Positions 11,833 to 24,358 of a stretch of 64,000 nucleotides of DNA are shown here, in pieces. The number at the start of each line of letters is the position of its first letter. The first letter of the stretch is position 1. Below the pieces are notes generated by a model that was given only the letters and a program-made list of their open reading frames with translations, ran no database searches and was not told the DNA's origin. The position numbers and the translations under genes are program-made. Source of the DNA: Rhizodiscina lignyota (lineage: Eukaryota); contig ML978124.1 of the NCBI GenBank assembly GCA_010015805.1, forward strand, positions 372,001 through 436,000, given 5' to 3'.

Positions 11833-13052
11833 TTAAGCCGTCGGCCCCATAATCAGAGTCTTGATGCCCTTCGCCGCCTTCACGTCATGAAACGCCTGCT
11901 CGGCCTCTTCGAACTTCACTTTCCCCGTAATCAGCTCCTTCACGCTGATTCGCCCCGTCGAGATCAGTTCCACCGCGAGCCGGTAGTCGCCCTCGCTGTA
12001 TCTGAAGCTCCCCTTGACGTTCAACTCCTTCGTGCCCATCGCCGAGATGGGCCAGACGATCTCGTCCTTCCCCATCCCCGCCTGCACATAGGTACCGCCT
12101 GTCCGCAGCGCATGTATTGACGTCTGGATGCATATCTCCGCGCCGCTGGCGTCGATGATCACGTCTGCGCCACCGCCCAAGTTGGTCTCTGACAGCAACC
12201 TCTTTGCGCTGTCCTTTGCGCTCTCCTTCTGGCTCCGGAAGACCGCGGTCGCAGCGTACTTTTTCGCAAACTCTAATCTCTCGTCGTTGATGTCGACAGC
12301 GATGACTTTGGTCGCTCCCCACGCCTTCGCTACTGAGCAGCATAGCAGTCCCACAGGACCAGCGCCGAACACCACGACGCTATCGCCGGGCTTGATGTCA
12401 CCTTGCCGGCAGACATGTACCGCCACGCTCGCGGGCTCGACCAGCGCGCCCTCCTCCAGCGAGACATGACTCGGTAGCTTGTAGCAGAAATCCTCCGGCA
12501 GCGTGTAGTATCTCGCGAGCGTACCGTCGATGGGTGGCGTTGCGGCGAAGGCCATGTCGGGGCAGAGGTTATATCGGCCCTCCTTGCATCGCACGCAGCG
12601 TCGGCAGGGGATTCCGGGCTCCATTGCGACCTCATCACCCGGTTTGACGGTTGTGACCGCGCTTCCGACGCTGTGTACTACGCCTGCGGATTCATGGCCG
12701 AGGACCATTGGAGCTTCGACGATATAGTGACCGATGTGGCCCTCTTGCCAGTAATGGATCTGGGGTTTGGAAGTCAGTATACTTCGTGAGGGCGATGATT
12801 GTCAGGGTGTGGAAAGCATACATCGCTTCCGCAGATTCCAGTGAACTTGACTTCGACAATGACATCGTGCGGATCTTGATCTTTTATTTCTGGGACGGGA
12901 CGGTCTTCGAATTTGACTTTGCCTTTCGACTCGAGGATGAATGAAGGGTTCTGAATTCAACTGTTAGCCTGTCAATTGCATTTTGCCGTTGCCGTGCTGT
13001 CTTTTCAATGCTCGATGCGGGGTGATCGCGGGGCTCGTACCTGGTTTCCCAT
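11833..13052 (-). CDS. xdhA: Xylitol/sorbitol dehydrogenase (Zn-dependent MDR family)
   Basis: Exons MGNQ / NPSFILES...FTGICGSD / IHYWQEGHIG...MVLGHES; structural Zn C-x2-C-x2-C-x7-C; GAGPVG; GSFRY. Confidence 0.9.
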
Positions 13053-13294
13053 TGTGGTGATAATGAAGTATTCAATGCGAATGAGAGAGAGATTGTGTCG
13101 AAAATAAACTATTCAGACAGCAGAGGATTGAAAGCAGCCCAATTGTTGAGGAGGAGAAATTTCGTCGTCGAGCTCCAGAATCTCCATCGTGATTCATGAC
13201 GCTATTTTGCGCGCGACGCGTCGTGATTCGGTGGGATTTCTCCCGTGGCGTACGCCATCCGAAAGAGGGACCTCCGCTCTCGGCTGACGACCAA

Positions 13295-13314
13295 TTTATC
13301 CGCGACTTTATCCG
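13295..13314 (-). promoter_or_regulatory. Tandem CGGATAAA sites (AraR/XlnR-type CGG(D/N)TAAW) upstream of xdhA
   Basis: TTTATCCG at 13295-13302 and 13307-13314, about 250 bp upstream of the ATG of a pentose catabolic gene. Confidence 0.6.
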
Positions 13315-14714
13315 GTCACTCTCACGGACTTCTCCTGCTCTCGCTCTCGACTTTGTTGGGAGTCAGATATCGTGACCGCTCTTTGTTTCCAGCGCCTCGT
13401 TCCGTTGACCGCACTATGTCACGAGGTAGCATACGCCGTCTGACAACATATGCCAACTGCAAAGCTGCGGTTCCGCAGTGGAAACCTTCATATTAACTGT
13501 CGCCGGGAATATCCAGCTTCTCTCGACTTGGCGGGTTGGCCGGCACGATATCCGTCCCACGATGTTCCAAGCGCTCTTCTACACGACCGTCGAATCATTA
13601 CTGAGCACTGGGGAACCGTCTTTTTCCGTGTGACGCCATGGGATAGTTCCCGTACCTAGTGGACGTGGTCGAGACTTTCTTACTCCGCTGTCGAAGACCC
13701 GGAAAAACGCCATGGCGTCACACGAAAGTGTGGTATAGAACCTTAACTGGCAGCGGTTATAATATCTTCCAGGAGACTAGTTCGTTTCGTCACATAATTC
13801 GCCAAATTTGCATCGCCAAATGCGCCATATGCGCCGCTCGACCAAGCGATATGCCATGATTGCCATCCAGATCGCACATTAACGCAGCCCTGCAGTACGG
13901 ACTAGCCAGCTAGTCTGCGCGAGTTCAGCCCATTGCCATGGATCTGGATAGTGCAAAACCAGAGTGGTCCGGCACATACAACTGTAGTTACGCGTCCCAG
14001 AGCCGAGCGAAGCTGAGAACCCGAGAGTAGCCATCCAGTCAAAGGCGTTGATAGTGGAAACATTGCTGACGCCATTGGAATTCCCAACGAATTAGCTTTG
14101 GCCTTGCTCACATGATCGTGAGCAGCTGCGCGCGATGGTGCGCATGCGGCGTGCCGAGGGGTATCACAAAAAGCAATGGTACGAAACAGACGTACGCGCC
14201 AACGATGGCACGCAGGCAAGCGCAAAAAGTGTGTGGGTGACAGGGAACAACGATAATGTGCATTGATGAAAAGCGAGTTCCATGGGGCCTGGCGTGCCCG
14301 TCCAACATGTGAAATGGAAAACTGGAGAAACTCAAAGCTAACAGAAATGACAGGAGCGACGTATCGTACAAGTCTTTGAGCCAAAACGCCAATAAAGTGA
14401 GTTGAAAGCGAAATGAAAATGCCCGAGCGCGCCAAGACGACATGGGAAAGTAGTCATACATGATTTGAAAAACGCCCCGAAATGGAAACCATCCAAACAG
14501 TTGCAGAACGATTGCAGAGCGGAAAGTGCCTGATCAGACTGGAAAGGGTATTTCGAATTGACAGCATCCTCAAGTAAGACGGTGCCCCGGAAGTTTATTC
14601 CGTTTTGCCGGACTAAACGAGTCGTCCGAAATGCGAGCATTGGCTGTTGCTCGGCGGTGTTGGTAGAAGAGAATATCGCCGTAGTGAATAGGGTCAATGG
14701 AGGAGCGCAACACC

Positions 14715-15037
14715 CTAACCTCTTGAGCCGCTATAGTAACCGGAATCTGGTGTCGACATGACGCCTCCTTGCGAACCGGCAGTGGACGATCCTCCTCTGC
14801 CTCTTGAATGCGTTGCGCATGCGTATCCGACGAGGACGGTCTTCTCTTGAACGGAATGGCCGCGTTGGCCGTATGCTGAGCATGCGTCTACCGCGTGGAC
14901 ATGGTATACACAATAGCACGCCGAATAGCTGTGAGAACATCAGCTCTGTCTTTTACTCAAAGTGGGCACGCGACTGGGTGAGGAAGACGCATAAGGAATA
15001 CGAGACGCGCCTACCGTTCGACGACTTGATAACACAT
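14715..15037 (-). CDS. 78-aa Cys/His-rich microprotein of unknown function
   Basis: Exon 15037-15015, intron 15014-14929 (GTAGGC..GCTGAT..CAG), exon 14928-14715 gives MCYQVVERYSACYCVYHVHAVDACSAYGQRGHSVQEKTVLVGYACATHSRGRGGSSTAGSQGGVMSTPDSGYYSGSRG*. The N-terminus resembles a small uncharacterised Pezizomycotina family as I recall it (not searched). Confidence 0.8.
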
Positions 15038-18000
15038 TGCGCACGTTTATGAAGGAGATGGAGGCTAGAGACAATGGTCTGAGGCCGGAAAGCTTCGAGA
15101 ATGTTCGATTGTGCCGAAGGAGAGGAGACGAGACTGACAATCGATGAGGGTGGAAGGATGAGGTATACGTAAGAGCGGGAGGATCCAGAGGTGAATCTCT
15201 GGGAATGGGTCTGAATGTCTCGGAGCGTAGGGCTGAGGGCATGAATATAAAGCCTCAGAGGTGTAGGAGCTATGCGTGGTTGGTAATTTTGACAGATGCG
15301 TTTGTCACTCGAAAGGCCCGTCCCGTTCGTCCCGTCGTTAGCTGTCCTCGTGAGAGATCCGCATTTGATTGAAGGCAGACATTTCCGTGATCTTGATCGC
15401 CAACTGATTTGAGAGCAGATATAGTTGGGGGCTGCAAATCTATATAGCGACGAATGTGAGTGGTGAGCGGGTCGACAAGGGCTTAGAGGAGTAGCAGGAA
15501 AGAGGAACGGTCAGCAACGAGGAAAGGTGTGAGCGCAGTGATCGAAATAGGGCTGTATGAGAAGCACGCTTAGCACCGCCATGGATAGGCTAAGCTCCGG
15601 CGCACATCTAGAGATTGTGCCCGTGCAAGGCAACAGAGCGAGTGGACATGGACAGCGTGTGGCAGCAGACGTTCCCCAAGGTCGCTCAGATGCATATCCA
15701 GTGTACTGGAGTGAGGTACTAGCAGGCATCGAGCGGGACCTAGAAGGGGACCCACCATGTTGGCGCAGTTTGCTGCTTCTGCAGCATATTTTGGGTTGGA
15801 CAGGACACAGCGAACCCGATGACAGTGATAGCGGATTACTTGCATTGAGTTGACATGAGCCTCGGACGACATTCCCAATGACGTTTGCGGGGATCGCGGG
15901 AATGTTGGGAAGATCTCATGGAAATTCACCAGAGAGGAAAGAGCGGCGTGACCGCTCGGCCTATGCCGCGTGGAGCAGTTCGGTGCGGGAATGGCTCGCC
16001 GATTCGATCGGAACCGAAGGAAACAATGGGATATGGCGCAAAGCTAGGCACCGGTGACGGCGGGAGTGGTCGGCGGCAACGCGGGGGACGGAGGCCCACG
16101 CGCGTCCGTCGGGATATCAGCCTGGTAGGTTTCTGTACAGTGTCGTGGACCAGCAGGGTGGTGGAAGCCACGTTTCTGACGTCCGGACATGTAGCACCGC
16201 CGCGAGAATGCGAAGGGAGCTAAGAAACCAATACATTTGTTACTGAGGCGCAGATCGCTAGCCCTGGGCGGGCACTGCGTTTGACGGCGGTGACGTGAGA
16301 CATGAGACTGTACGGGGAAAATAGAAGTCGCTCAAGACGGCGGCATTTATCATGCTGCTTGTCAATCAGGGAGTTCTCGAGCGCTCAGAGGGCGATTGAG
16401 CTTGCGAGAGACCGAAAGCAGATGGAGACATACCTGCAAATGGAAAGGATGTGGCAGGAGAGAGCCGAAGATGGAGACTGTTGTCTGAATGGAATCATCG
16501 GCCGGCGTGAGCATGTTGGGTTAGCATGATCGGGGGAGGGATAAAAGCAAAGTGGTCGTCAGTGTCGTACCCCAGCCTGCGAGTCGGTCGAGTGCAGGCA
16601 CATACGACTACGACGGTACAAGGCTCCAAGGGCCAAGGCCCCACATTTGCCCTAAGAATAGGCGTGTCAGGGATTTCGAGGTTTAGTCTGAGAAGAGTGC
16701 CTGCGCTGGACGCAAAGTCAAGAAGCAGTTTGGTCTCCTCCGTCCAAGAAGCGATTCGTGAACGATCGGCGCGGCATTGCGTCCGTATGCAGTATACATA
16801 GAGCAATTGGTGCCTCCGAAGCACGGAGTGCCCGATAGACGAGATGAAGCGCGAGCAGCAGAGGCAGCAAAATCCGTGTGTGCCGTCGAGTCTAACGCGC
16901 GCCAGAAAGGCGTGAGTAATCTGCAGGGGAGGGACAGTAAGCACTTCCTGGAGATAGGCGGTGTTTGTGCTCGGCTTCGACAATCTTCGATGGGTACGAG
17001 AAAGATACCGAGAGAGATACCGAGCGAGATCCAGCGAGCTACAAGCAAGGCCGTCCATGCTACGAGGCCGTGGCGACTGGTTTGATCGACAGACTCTGGT
17101 GTAGCAACGGCTGACATGAGTGTTACAGGAGAATTATTGGAACTTTGCGAATCGGATGGCAGCCGGAGGTGGCATGCTCTGCACGATGCTAACGCGGTGT
17201 TTGCAATGCTCGATATAGCAGCGGGAATGCAACATGGACAAGGCCCTTCAACAGTTGACTCATGAATCCACTTTGCGGCCTTTGAGCGTGAAATTCGCGG
17301 TGATGGCCTGACAAATAGTGCATGCAGAGATGGCATGGCCTGAACGAGAAGCAGGTCACGTTCCTACGCGATCCCCGGATTGACGCGGCGTGGGAGGGGT
17401 GTCGATGTCTTAGATCCTTCGTTCAAAGCTTTGTTGTATCCTACACGAGTCGGCCATCAACGTCTCAATGGGGCAATTAATGCTTTTCTAGAAAGATTCC
17501 GAACTCAGACCCGCTCCGCAATTACAGATCGTGTCACCGCCTCACATCGTCAGTCCCCATCGACCCGACCTGAAACAGCACCGCGGAGCTCTGTCGTCAT
17601 CTGCCAATGTCCTAAAGTCCCAGTTAAAGTAACTTGTGCCTTTAAATACCTCTGCTTCACACGAGAGCATGAGAAACGCTCTGCCTTTAAGCTCCAACAC
17701 GCGATCACCTCATATCCATTCTTCACGTCTTGGACACCGGAGAATAGAAGTTTAGTAGGTTTGGATTTGGAATGCATTGTGCAATATATCCGATATACAT
17801 AGTACTGGACTATCAGAATGCTGCAGCAACACGGTCCACTCCCGTATCTGCAGAACAGGTCAGGCCCCCAACCGTGCCCAGGGCCTGCGTCCTGAAGCTT
17901 GACGCACATCCGCTCCCTCCCGTCCCTTGAGCCTTCTTCACAGCCACACCTCGACCCCACATACACCTCTTTCCCCTCCATCTTCCCAGTCGCATGTCTC

Positions 18001-18357
18001 ATGCCCGTCTCATGCACCAGAGAACGAGCTGCGAGCGCGACATAATTGCCAAGTTTTCTCAGGCCGCCACGATATGCGGCTCGAGAGGATGACACGGAAA
18101 CCCCACGGCGGAGCAGGAGGTACATGGGACCAGCCACACTCCTGACGTAACTCCGACCGTGCCCGGAAATCCGCGTCTTGTTGATCGACGTGTCGAAATG
18201 AAATGTGCAATGGCGCGTCCTCTTCGGCGTCCGAAAGGAACCGCCCGGACTAAATCTTCCAAAACCGCGTAAACTGTGTACAAGAAGTAATAAAAATGGA
18301 ATGCCAAAGCATGAACATTCCAGGAGCGAGGATGCAGCCTTGAACGAAGTGTGTCCT

Positions 18358-19155
18358 CTACTGCATGTACATGGCCTGCCTGCGGGTGGAGCGGACGCGG
18401 TAGACCTCCTCGTCAGACTCGCTAGAGCAGTCGCTGCTGTCGTCAGAGTAGCCGCATCGGGCGCCCTTGCAGTCGAGCTTAACGCGGTCGCCACCACGGG
18501 TGATTCCGTAGCGTTCGCAAGTGCAGCAGCTGCTGACGCTGGAGACGCTGGATGGGCTGGAAGCATCGCTGCGGCTGCTGGTGAGCGACGGAACGTCGGA
18601 CTCGGCGTCGGAGTCGGAGTCGTCGGAGTCGTCCTCCTCGGTCTGAGCAGACAGCTGGGCAGCGGCGAGCTGCTGGGCGAGCTGCTCGTAGCCGTAGGTG
18701 TAGTCGCCGTTGACGATGTGGCGGGTCTGGCCGGGCTTGACGGGCTTGGGGCTCTGGATCTCAGAGGGAGAGAGCGAGCGGCCCTTGGGGATCTCGGCAG
18801 AGACGCGGCGAGAGGAGCGCTTGCTGGAAGACTTCTCCCGGGAAGAGGACTTCTCGGTCTTGCCGACTGGGACGTCGAGAGTGTTGAGCTTGCGGCCGGT
18901 GGTGGGCTCGACGACGTGGTCCTTGGCGGGGTCGTGGGAGACGTGGTAGCCGTCAACGATGTAGTAGTACCAGTAGCGCTGGCCCTGCTTGAGAGTGGAG
19001 CCCTGGAAGCGGAAAGAGCCCTTCCAGCCACCAGACTTGGCGGGGTCCTTGGAGAGCGGGAGCTGGCCGGTGTAGTTGTCCCACGAGCCGAGCAAGTGGA
19101 CGGTCTTGCAGTTGGAAGAAGTGCGGAGAGAAAAGTTCAATTGAATAGCGGCCAT
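18358..19155 (-). CDS. esdC: EsdC-like early sexual development protein with N-terminal CBM48/AMPK-beta-type glycogen-binding domain
   Basis: Intronless 265 aa, strong C-ending codon bias. KTVHLLGSWDNY, RYWYYYIVDGYHVSHDP and C-terminal CCTCERYGITR..KLDC..RCGY match Aspergillus EsdC. Confidence 0.85.
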   Translation of the reverse strand: MAAIQLNFSLRTSSNCKTVHLLGSWDNYTGQLPLSKDPAKSGGWKGSFRFQGSTLKQGQRYWYYYIVDGYHVSHDPAKDHVVEPTTGRKLNTLDVPVGKTEKSSSREKSSSKRSSRRVSAEIPKGRSLSPSEIQSPKPVKPGQTRHIVNGDYTYGYEQLAQQLAAAQLSAQTEEDDSDDSDSDAESDVPSLTSSRSDASSPSSVSSVSSCCTCERYGITRGGDRVKLDCKGARCGYSDDSSDCSSESDEEVYRVRSTRRQAMYMQ

Positions 19156-20641
19156 TGTGAATGATTGAATTCGGTCTGTCGATTATTTGGGGGATATTGA
19201 AATGATTGTTGGTTGTAAGTTGAGCGAGCAAGAGAGCTGGAATTAGTTTTTTTGGAGGGGTTTGTCGACCGGCGACGAAATTAAGTGATTGTGGTGGTGT
19301 TGTTTTTGGAATAATTAATTAATTGGTGGTTTGTATGGTCGAGCACCAGGCTCTTGGGGGAAAACAAAAAAGGGTGGAAGGGAAGAAAAAACCAAAAGGA
19401 CAGCTCTTTGATTGACAGACTTGCTGAGGAAAGGAAAGGAAGGCCGTATGCGAAGAGGCGGCTTTAATATAGCAGCGGACGTGCCATTCAGCAAGGCGAA
19501 GGTGGAGTGTGCTACAGCTGCACATACGCGCCGCGCTAGCGAGCTCCCGCGCCCTCATTCGCCTCGATTCGTCGCCCAGGCCCCACAGGCTGCAAGGCCT
19601 GCGGGAGCGGTCTGCCAATCAGCGCGCGCAGAGCCGCTCAGCGAGAGTGCCATGTCGTGCTTCCATCCAGGAACTCCGTGCGCCGTGAGATCCCCTCCTC
19701 AGCGCGCTGCACCAGAGGCAATCTGTCGATAGAGCATCATAGCGCCATCTGCCTCCGTTCCCTGTCGTGTGCACGAGTGCCGTGGTGACCGAGTCCGACG
19801 AGTTGGCCCTGTCTTGCCGGCCTCCTCTTGCCCCTGCAACGAGCTGCCTCCGACTGCGTGCGCCGGGCGGTTAACTGCAGCTCCGCATGGCAGCTTAAGT
19901 GGGAAAAAGGGCAGGCCGTCTTCGAATAGGCCTAGTCGCACGCCGTTTCGATATTGCTGAGGATCATGAGCTGGTCCGCTGCATTAATCGGCACTGAATT
20001 CGCCTAGAAGCAATGCATCCGGAAGTGTTTGTCTGACGCCCCGCGAATCGAGGTCACAGCCGAAGCGCCCATCACCCTGTATTCCGTAAGCGTTGTACAA
20101 CACGCCGACGCGAATCTGTTGGCTCTCTGCGATAGGAAGAGGCAAGAAGACTCGAGGTACCGGTCAGGAGCGCCGCTGCATGCAAAGGTACCGCAGTCAC
20201 GTACTTCTGCGTCTGGCCTCCCTATTTCATCGATGCTCTCGGCGCCAAATTCTAGCCTAAGGTGTATTGCATCAAGACGTCGCTAAAGTGGTCCACGTAG
20301 GTAGTCAACCGCACTTTCATGATCTGTAGCTTCTTCTTCCGATTGCAAGTAGTCTATCCCATCTTCATTGGAATCTCACCCCGAACCTTGCATGTTTATC
20401 CCGCTCCTTCTCCTGCAGAACGCGCGACTGAGACGACTCACTCGGAGAAGCGACTGTTCACTACTTATCTTCTCATCGTCATCTACCAATCAACTACCAT
20501 ATATGAGTTGCATGATTGGCTTGTACATCTTCGTACGATAGGTCATGGAGATGGTCTAGAGGGTAGGTGGTATATTAACAGTGTCTGTACCAAGCAGGAT
20601 ATCACAAAACCAGAGCCGGGCGTATTCATCGTCATATCATA

Positions 20642-22597
20642 TCATATCAAGCCAACGAGCATCTCAGCCAATTCGTCTCTCGTCAACGTGCTTTTCCTTC
20701 GCCTCGGGCGCCCTCCTATCCTCGTCTTTCGTGGCGAGCCGCTCCTGACGCCCTCTCGTGCTCCACCACTCTGGTCTCCAATTTGATCCTTTGAAGCCGA
20801 TTTCGATTCCTTTTCCACGACGGTTACAGCTGCCTCCTCTGCCTCTGCTTGAACGGCATCAAGTTTCTCCTGCACCGTCAATTTCGGCGAAGGCTCGTCG
20901 TCATCACGTTCGGCCGAGGAATTGCGCTTCAGTGCCTGTAGCGGGTCAACGTAAATACATTTATAGTTTTCTATGCATGGGGCAGCTGGTGCGCTAGTGC
21001 TGGTGCTTGCTTGGTCAGGTGCTAAGAAAGTATTGTCAGGACGTACTTTGCGCGGTAGGCGTGATGCCGTTGGCCTTGTTCTCGATCCAGCCCTCGAGGC
21101 AGGTTTGACTAATGTAGGATTGATCAGGTCGACATCTGATGCATTTTCATCTGCTGCTGGGTCCGAGGCCTCGAGAGTGGATGCCGGGTGGAATGTCACC
21201 TTTTTAGGCGACGAACTGTTGCCAGCTGCTTCCTGCAATGGTGGATGCCGCAACTCTTTAGACGCACCCGTCTTCGTGACATCTCTCACTGGTTGCAAGA
21301 CATTCGGTGATGATTCTGGTGGGATATCATCGTCCTCGGCTGCAGAGTCTAGATCCAAGTCGTCTACTTCCTCGCTCTCTTCCGCTATTCCTTCAAGTTT
21401 GGAACCGTCGGCATCGCGGTTTGCGGCCATATACGTTCCCAATCCCGCGCCCAAGCCAAGACCGATCTTCAGCTCTTCCAAATTAACGGTATCTCCGCCG
21501 TTTACCATTCTCTCTCTCCAGCCATTCATCAGTACAATGGCCTCATGCCATTGGCCCTCCAGACGTTCAAAGCCAGCTCTCAGCCTAGCGATTTCCTCCT
21601 CACGAACTGTGACCTCATCGATCGGCACAAAATTGGGGTTGGTGAGCAGTGACTTGAGGTTCTCAAGGACGCTGTCCATATCTGTGGCAAGCGCTTCGTA
21701 AGACGTTGGAAGCGCTCGAACCATATCGGAGGAATTATTTGCTTCGTCGGCCTGTTGAGATGTATCGCTGCCCTCCACTCTTTGCGCGTTACCTGGAAGG
21801 CCTTGTAATTCTCGTAGAGTTGCCAATGTGCTGCGGACTAGGCCTATTAGACTGTCGTTCTCCTCACTCAGGCCCTGGCTTAATTCTGTCAAAAACTCTG
21901 TTGTCTCTTGATTAAGGGTATATGCAGGATCATGAACATCTGGACCATCCTCCTCTCTGAGAGCGCCCAAGGCGCCTCCCACTCCAGTCACTCCTGGTGT
22001 TATGGTGATGCTCGCTCCGACAAGACCAGTCTTATTGCCCCGTTGTTGAGAATTCAGGTGCATCTTTAGTTTCTGTATCTGTACATCTCGTTTCCGAACG
22101 TCGTTCGCACACGAAGTCCGGACTTGCTGTACCGTGGTCTTCAGCCGAAGCATCTCCTCGCGCAGTGCTTTCGCAGAGGCTTCAGCGGTGCGAAGGGCAA
22201 CTTTTGCAGCACGCTCTTGTGATTGGGATAACGACAATTGGCGAGTCAGATCCTCGGTTTTCGCTTCGAGACGTTCGGTCGTCGAAGTATTCCGCGTGGC
22301 ATCCGTACGCAGGGACCGGATCGTTTGCACGAGAGTTTCGCGCTGCTCTTGCTCGCGCTGTGACGCAATTCATTATTAGCATAGTAGTTCCGGATAGCAT
22401 AATATAGCGCTGCTAACATCTCTTCGTAATATCAGGTCGTGAATGATGTTGATGACTTGCGCCATAGTCGCTTCAGTCCCGCCTTCTCCCTTCGACGGCT
22501 TCGCAAACTCGAGAGGCTTGCCATTGCGCAGGAGACCTCGCGCAAGTAAAAGATTGTTAACGTATGTCGATGCGGTCTTTAGACTAAAAGAGTCCAT
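20642..22597 (-). CDS. tinA: ADIP/Msd1/SSX2IP-family spindle-pole coiled-coil protein (NIMA-interacting TinA-like)
   Basis: MDSFSLKTASTYVNNLLLARGLL..INIIHDLILRRD, an intron, then coiled coil CANDVRKRDVQIQKLK; second intron 21046-20936; C-terminal RRRKSTLTRDEL. Confidence 0.8.
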
Positions 22598-22805
22598 GTT
22601 TGCCTGAAAGTTAGGATTGAAGAAGCGCAAGAATTCATGGCGGGCGTTGTTGACGCTTGTTGACAATTTGCCATTTGCGGTTTGGCGCCATTTCGGCTCT
22701 CTCCGTCATTCCGCAAACCCAATTGCCTCACGATCACGACTGTTATTGCCGAGAGATGGTCCTGAATATACCAGCAAATCACTTTCCTTGAGCAGTCAAT
22801 ACAAG

Positions 22806-23732
22806 ATGAGAGTTACGCGGTCTGCTGCGGCTCAGTCTACTCCTATCGACGACGAGAACACTTCAACATTCAATGGCGGCCTCGCTCGATTTCAGTATGC
22901 CACTCAAACTTCCGACAGAACTGCTGTAATAAGGAAATCCACCGGTGTTACGCCGTCTCTCTCCTCTACGGCGCATAGCCCACTGAAGCGATCCCTAAGT
23001 TCTGTCGTCGGTGAGAGCGCGACGAGCGATGACGCTTCAAGAACCCCCTCTCCTGCGAAACGACGCCGGGAATCGAGCAAATACGCACCACCCTCGAAAT
23101 ACGCGCACCTCCCGCCACTCCTTGACATACTGGAACCGAATCTGATTGCAATATTCGTTGGATTTAACCCCGGGGTCCGCACCGCTACGTCTGGCCATGC
23201 CTATGCGCACCCCTCAAATATGTTCTGGAAGTTGCTGCACTCCTCTGGTCTCACAGACCGACGGTGGCGACCCGAAGAAGACGGGAATCTTCCGACAATT
23301 GGTCTGGGGAACACCAATCTTGTCGATCGTCCGAGCAAGAATGCAGGCGAGCTGTCAAAGCAAGAGATGGCCGCAGGAACTCCCATACTGGAAGAGAAAG
23401 TGAGACGTTACAAGCCAGATGCTGTCTGCATTGTGGGCAAATCAATCTGGGAGTCAATCTGGAGATACCGGTACGGGAAAAATCCCAAACCGAACGAGTT
23501 CAAATATGGGTGGCAGGATGAACGAGAGAATATGGGCAAGATAGTCCAGAAGAGCGACACCTCTGACGAAGAACCCTGGAGCGGAGCAAGAGTATTCGTC
23601 GCCACAGCCACGAGCGGCTTATCGGCTTCGCTTAAGCCTGCTGAGAAAGAGGCCATTTGGAAACCTTTTGGCGAGTGGGTACAACAAAGAAGAACAAAGC
23701 GACGACCACCACAAGTAGAATCACTGAATTGA
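22806..23732 (+). CDS. G/U mismatch-specific uracil/thymine DNA glycosylase (TDG/MUG family, Thp1-like)
   Basis: IFVGFNPG, GHAYAHPSNMFWKLL, GNTNLVDRP, ATATSGLS motifs. ATG 22806 preferred over the TTG start in the ORF track. Confidence 0.92.
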   Translation: MRVTRSAAAQSTPIDDENTSTFNGGLARFQYATQTSDRTAVIRKSTGVTPSLSSTAHSPLKRSLSSVVGESATSDDASRTPSPAKRRRESSKYAPPSKYAHLPPLLDILEPNLIAIFVGFNPGVRTATSGHAYAHPSNMFWKLLHSSGLTDRRWRPEEDGNLPTIGLGNTNLVDRPSKNAGELSKQEMAAGTPILEEKVRRYKPDAVCIVGKSIWESIWRYRYGKNPKPNEFKYGWQDERENMGKIVQKSDTSDEEPWSGARVFVATATSGLSASLKPAEKEAIWKPFGEWVQQRRTKRRPPQVESLN

Positions 23733-24358
23733 ATGCTCAGGGTCGGCTAACAATGCCCTTAGCCCACTGCGATAAGACACTTCATGCTCGACAGGAGTAT
23801 TGTTGTGTCTTCCAAGGACAATTCCAACCTCCACTATCTCTTTTACGCTATGTGTTTGAGATAGATTTTACGGATGCGCAAAGTATGCGTCTGCGATGGA
23901 GTTTGCACCAGTGCTAGCCTTTCTGCGCGAGGTGGGTTTGCCCAGGTCCACCCACGTTCACTGTGAAGTTGACTGGACAATTGTTACCAAGAATTCATTT
24001 ATATCTTCGGGTTAGCAATTTATGCCTTCGGCGAACAACAGAAACATTCTCTTAAAGATCATAGTGAATCGTTCACAGCATATTCAATATTTTTGAATAT
24101 TTTCTCTCTTGAATAGAGTTGTCTTGTAAATTCAAATCACCTTCGTCTAGTGACACAGCATGTCTTGTCTTCCTGCGAGGCTTCCTTACTATTTCCTTTG
24201 TCTGCTTGACCCACTTTCTCTCTGGCGACACAATGTGCTTCACTAACATATCTGCTACGTCTTTTCCCTACCAGAGACCTTCGAGGTCTAATTTCAAGCC
24301 AATCTTTCATATAATTTAAAGACTTCGATACGCACTACTCGTTCCCCCAATCATCAAC

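Noticed and set aside
17550..19164. Long ORFs 18205-19164 (+, 319 aa) and 17550-19031 (-, 493 aa) overlapping esdC
   Set aside because: Shadow frames caused by strong GC3 codon bias; low-complexity translations with no motifs.
20973..21701. 242-aa plus-strand ORF
   Set aside because: Antisense to tinA; Ser-rich mirror translation.
22617..22805. N-terminal extension of the TDG ORF from TTG 22617
   Set aside because: Non-ATG start lying within the shared promoter, 20 bp from the tinA start.
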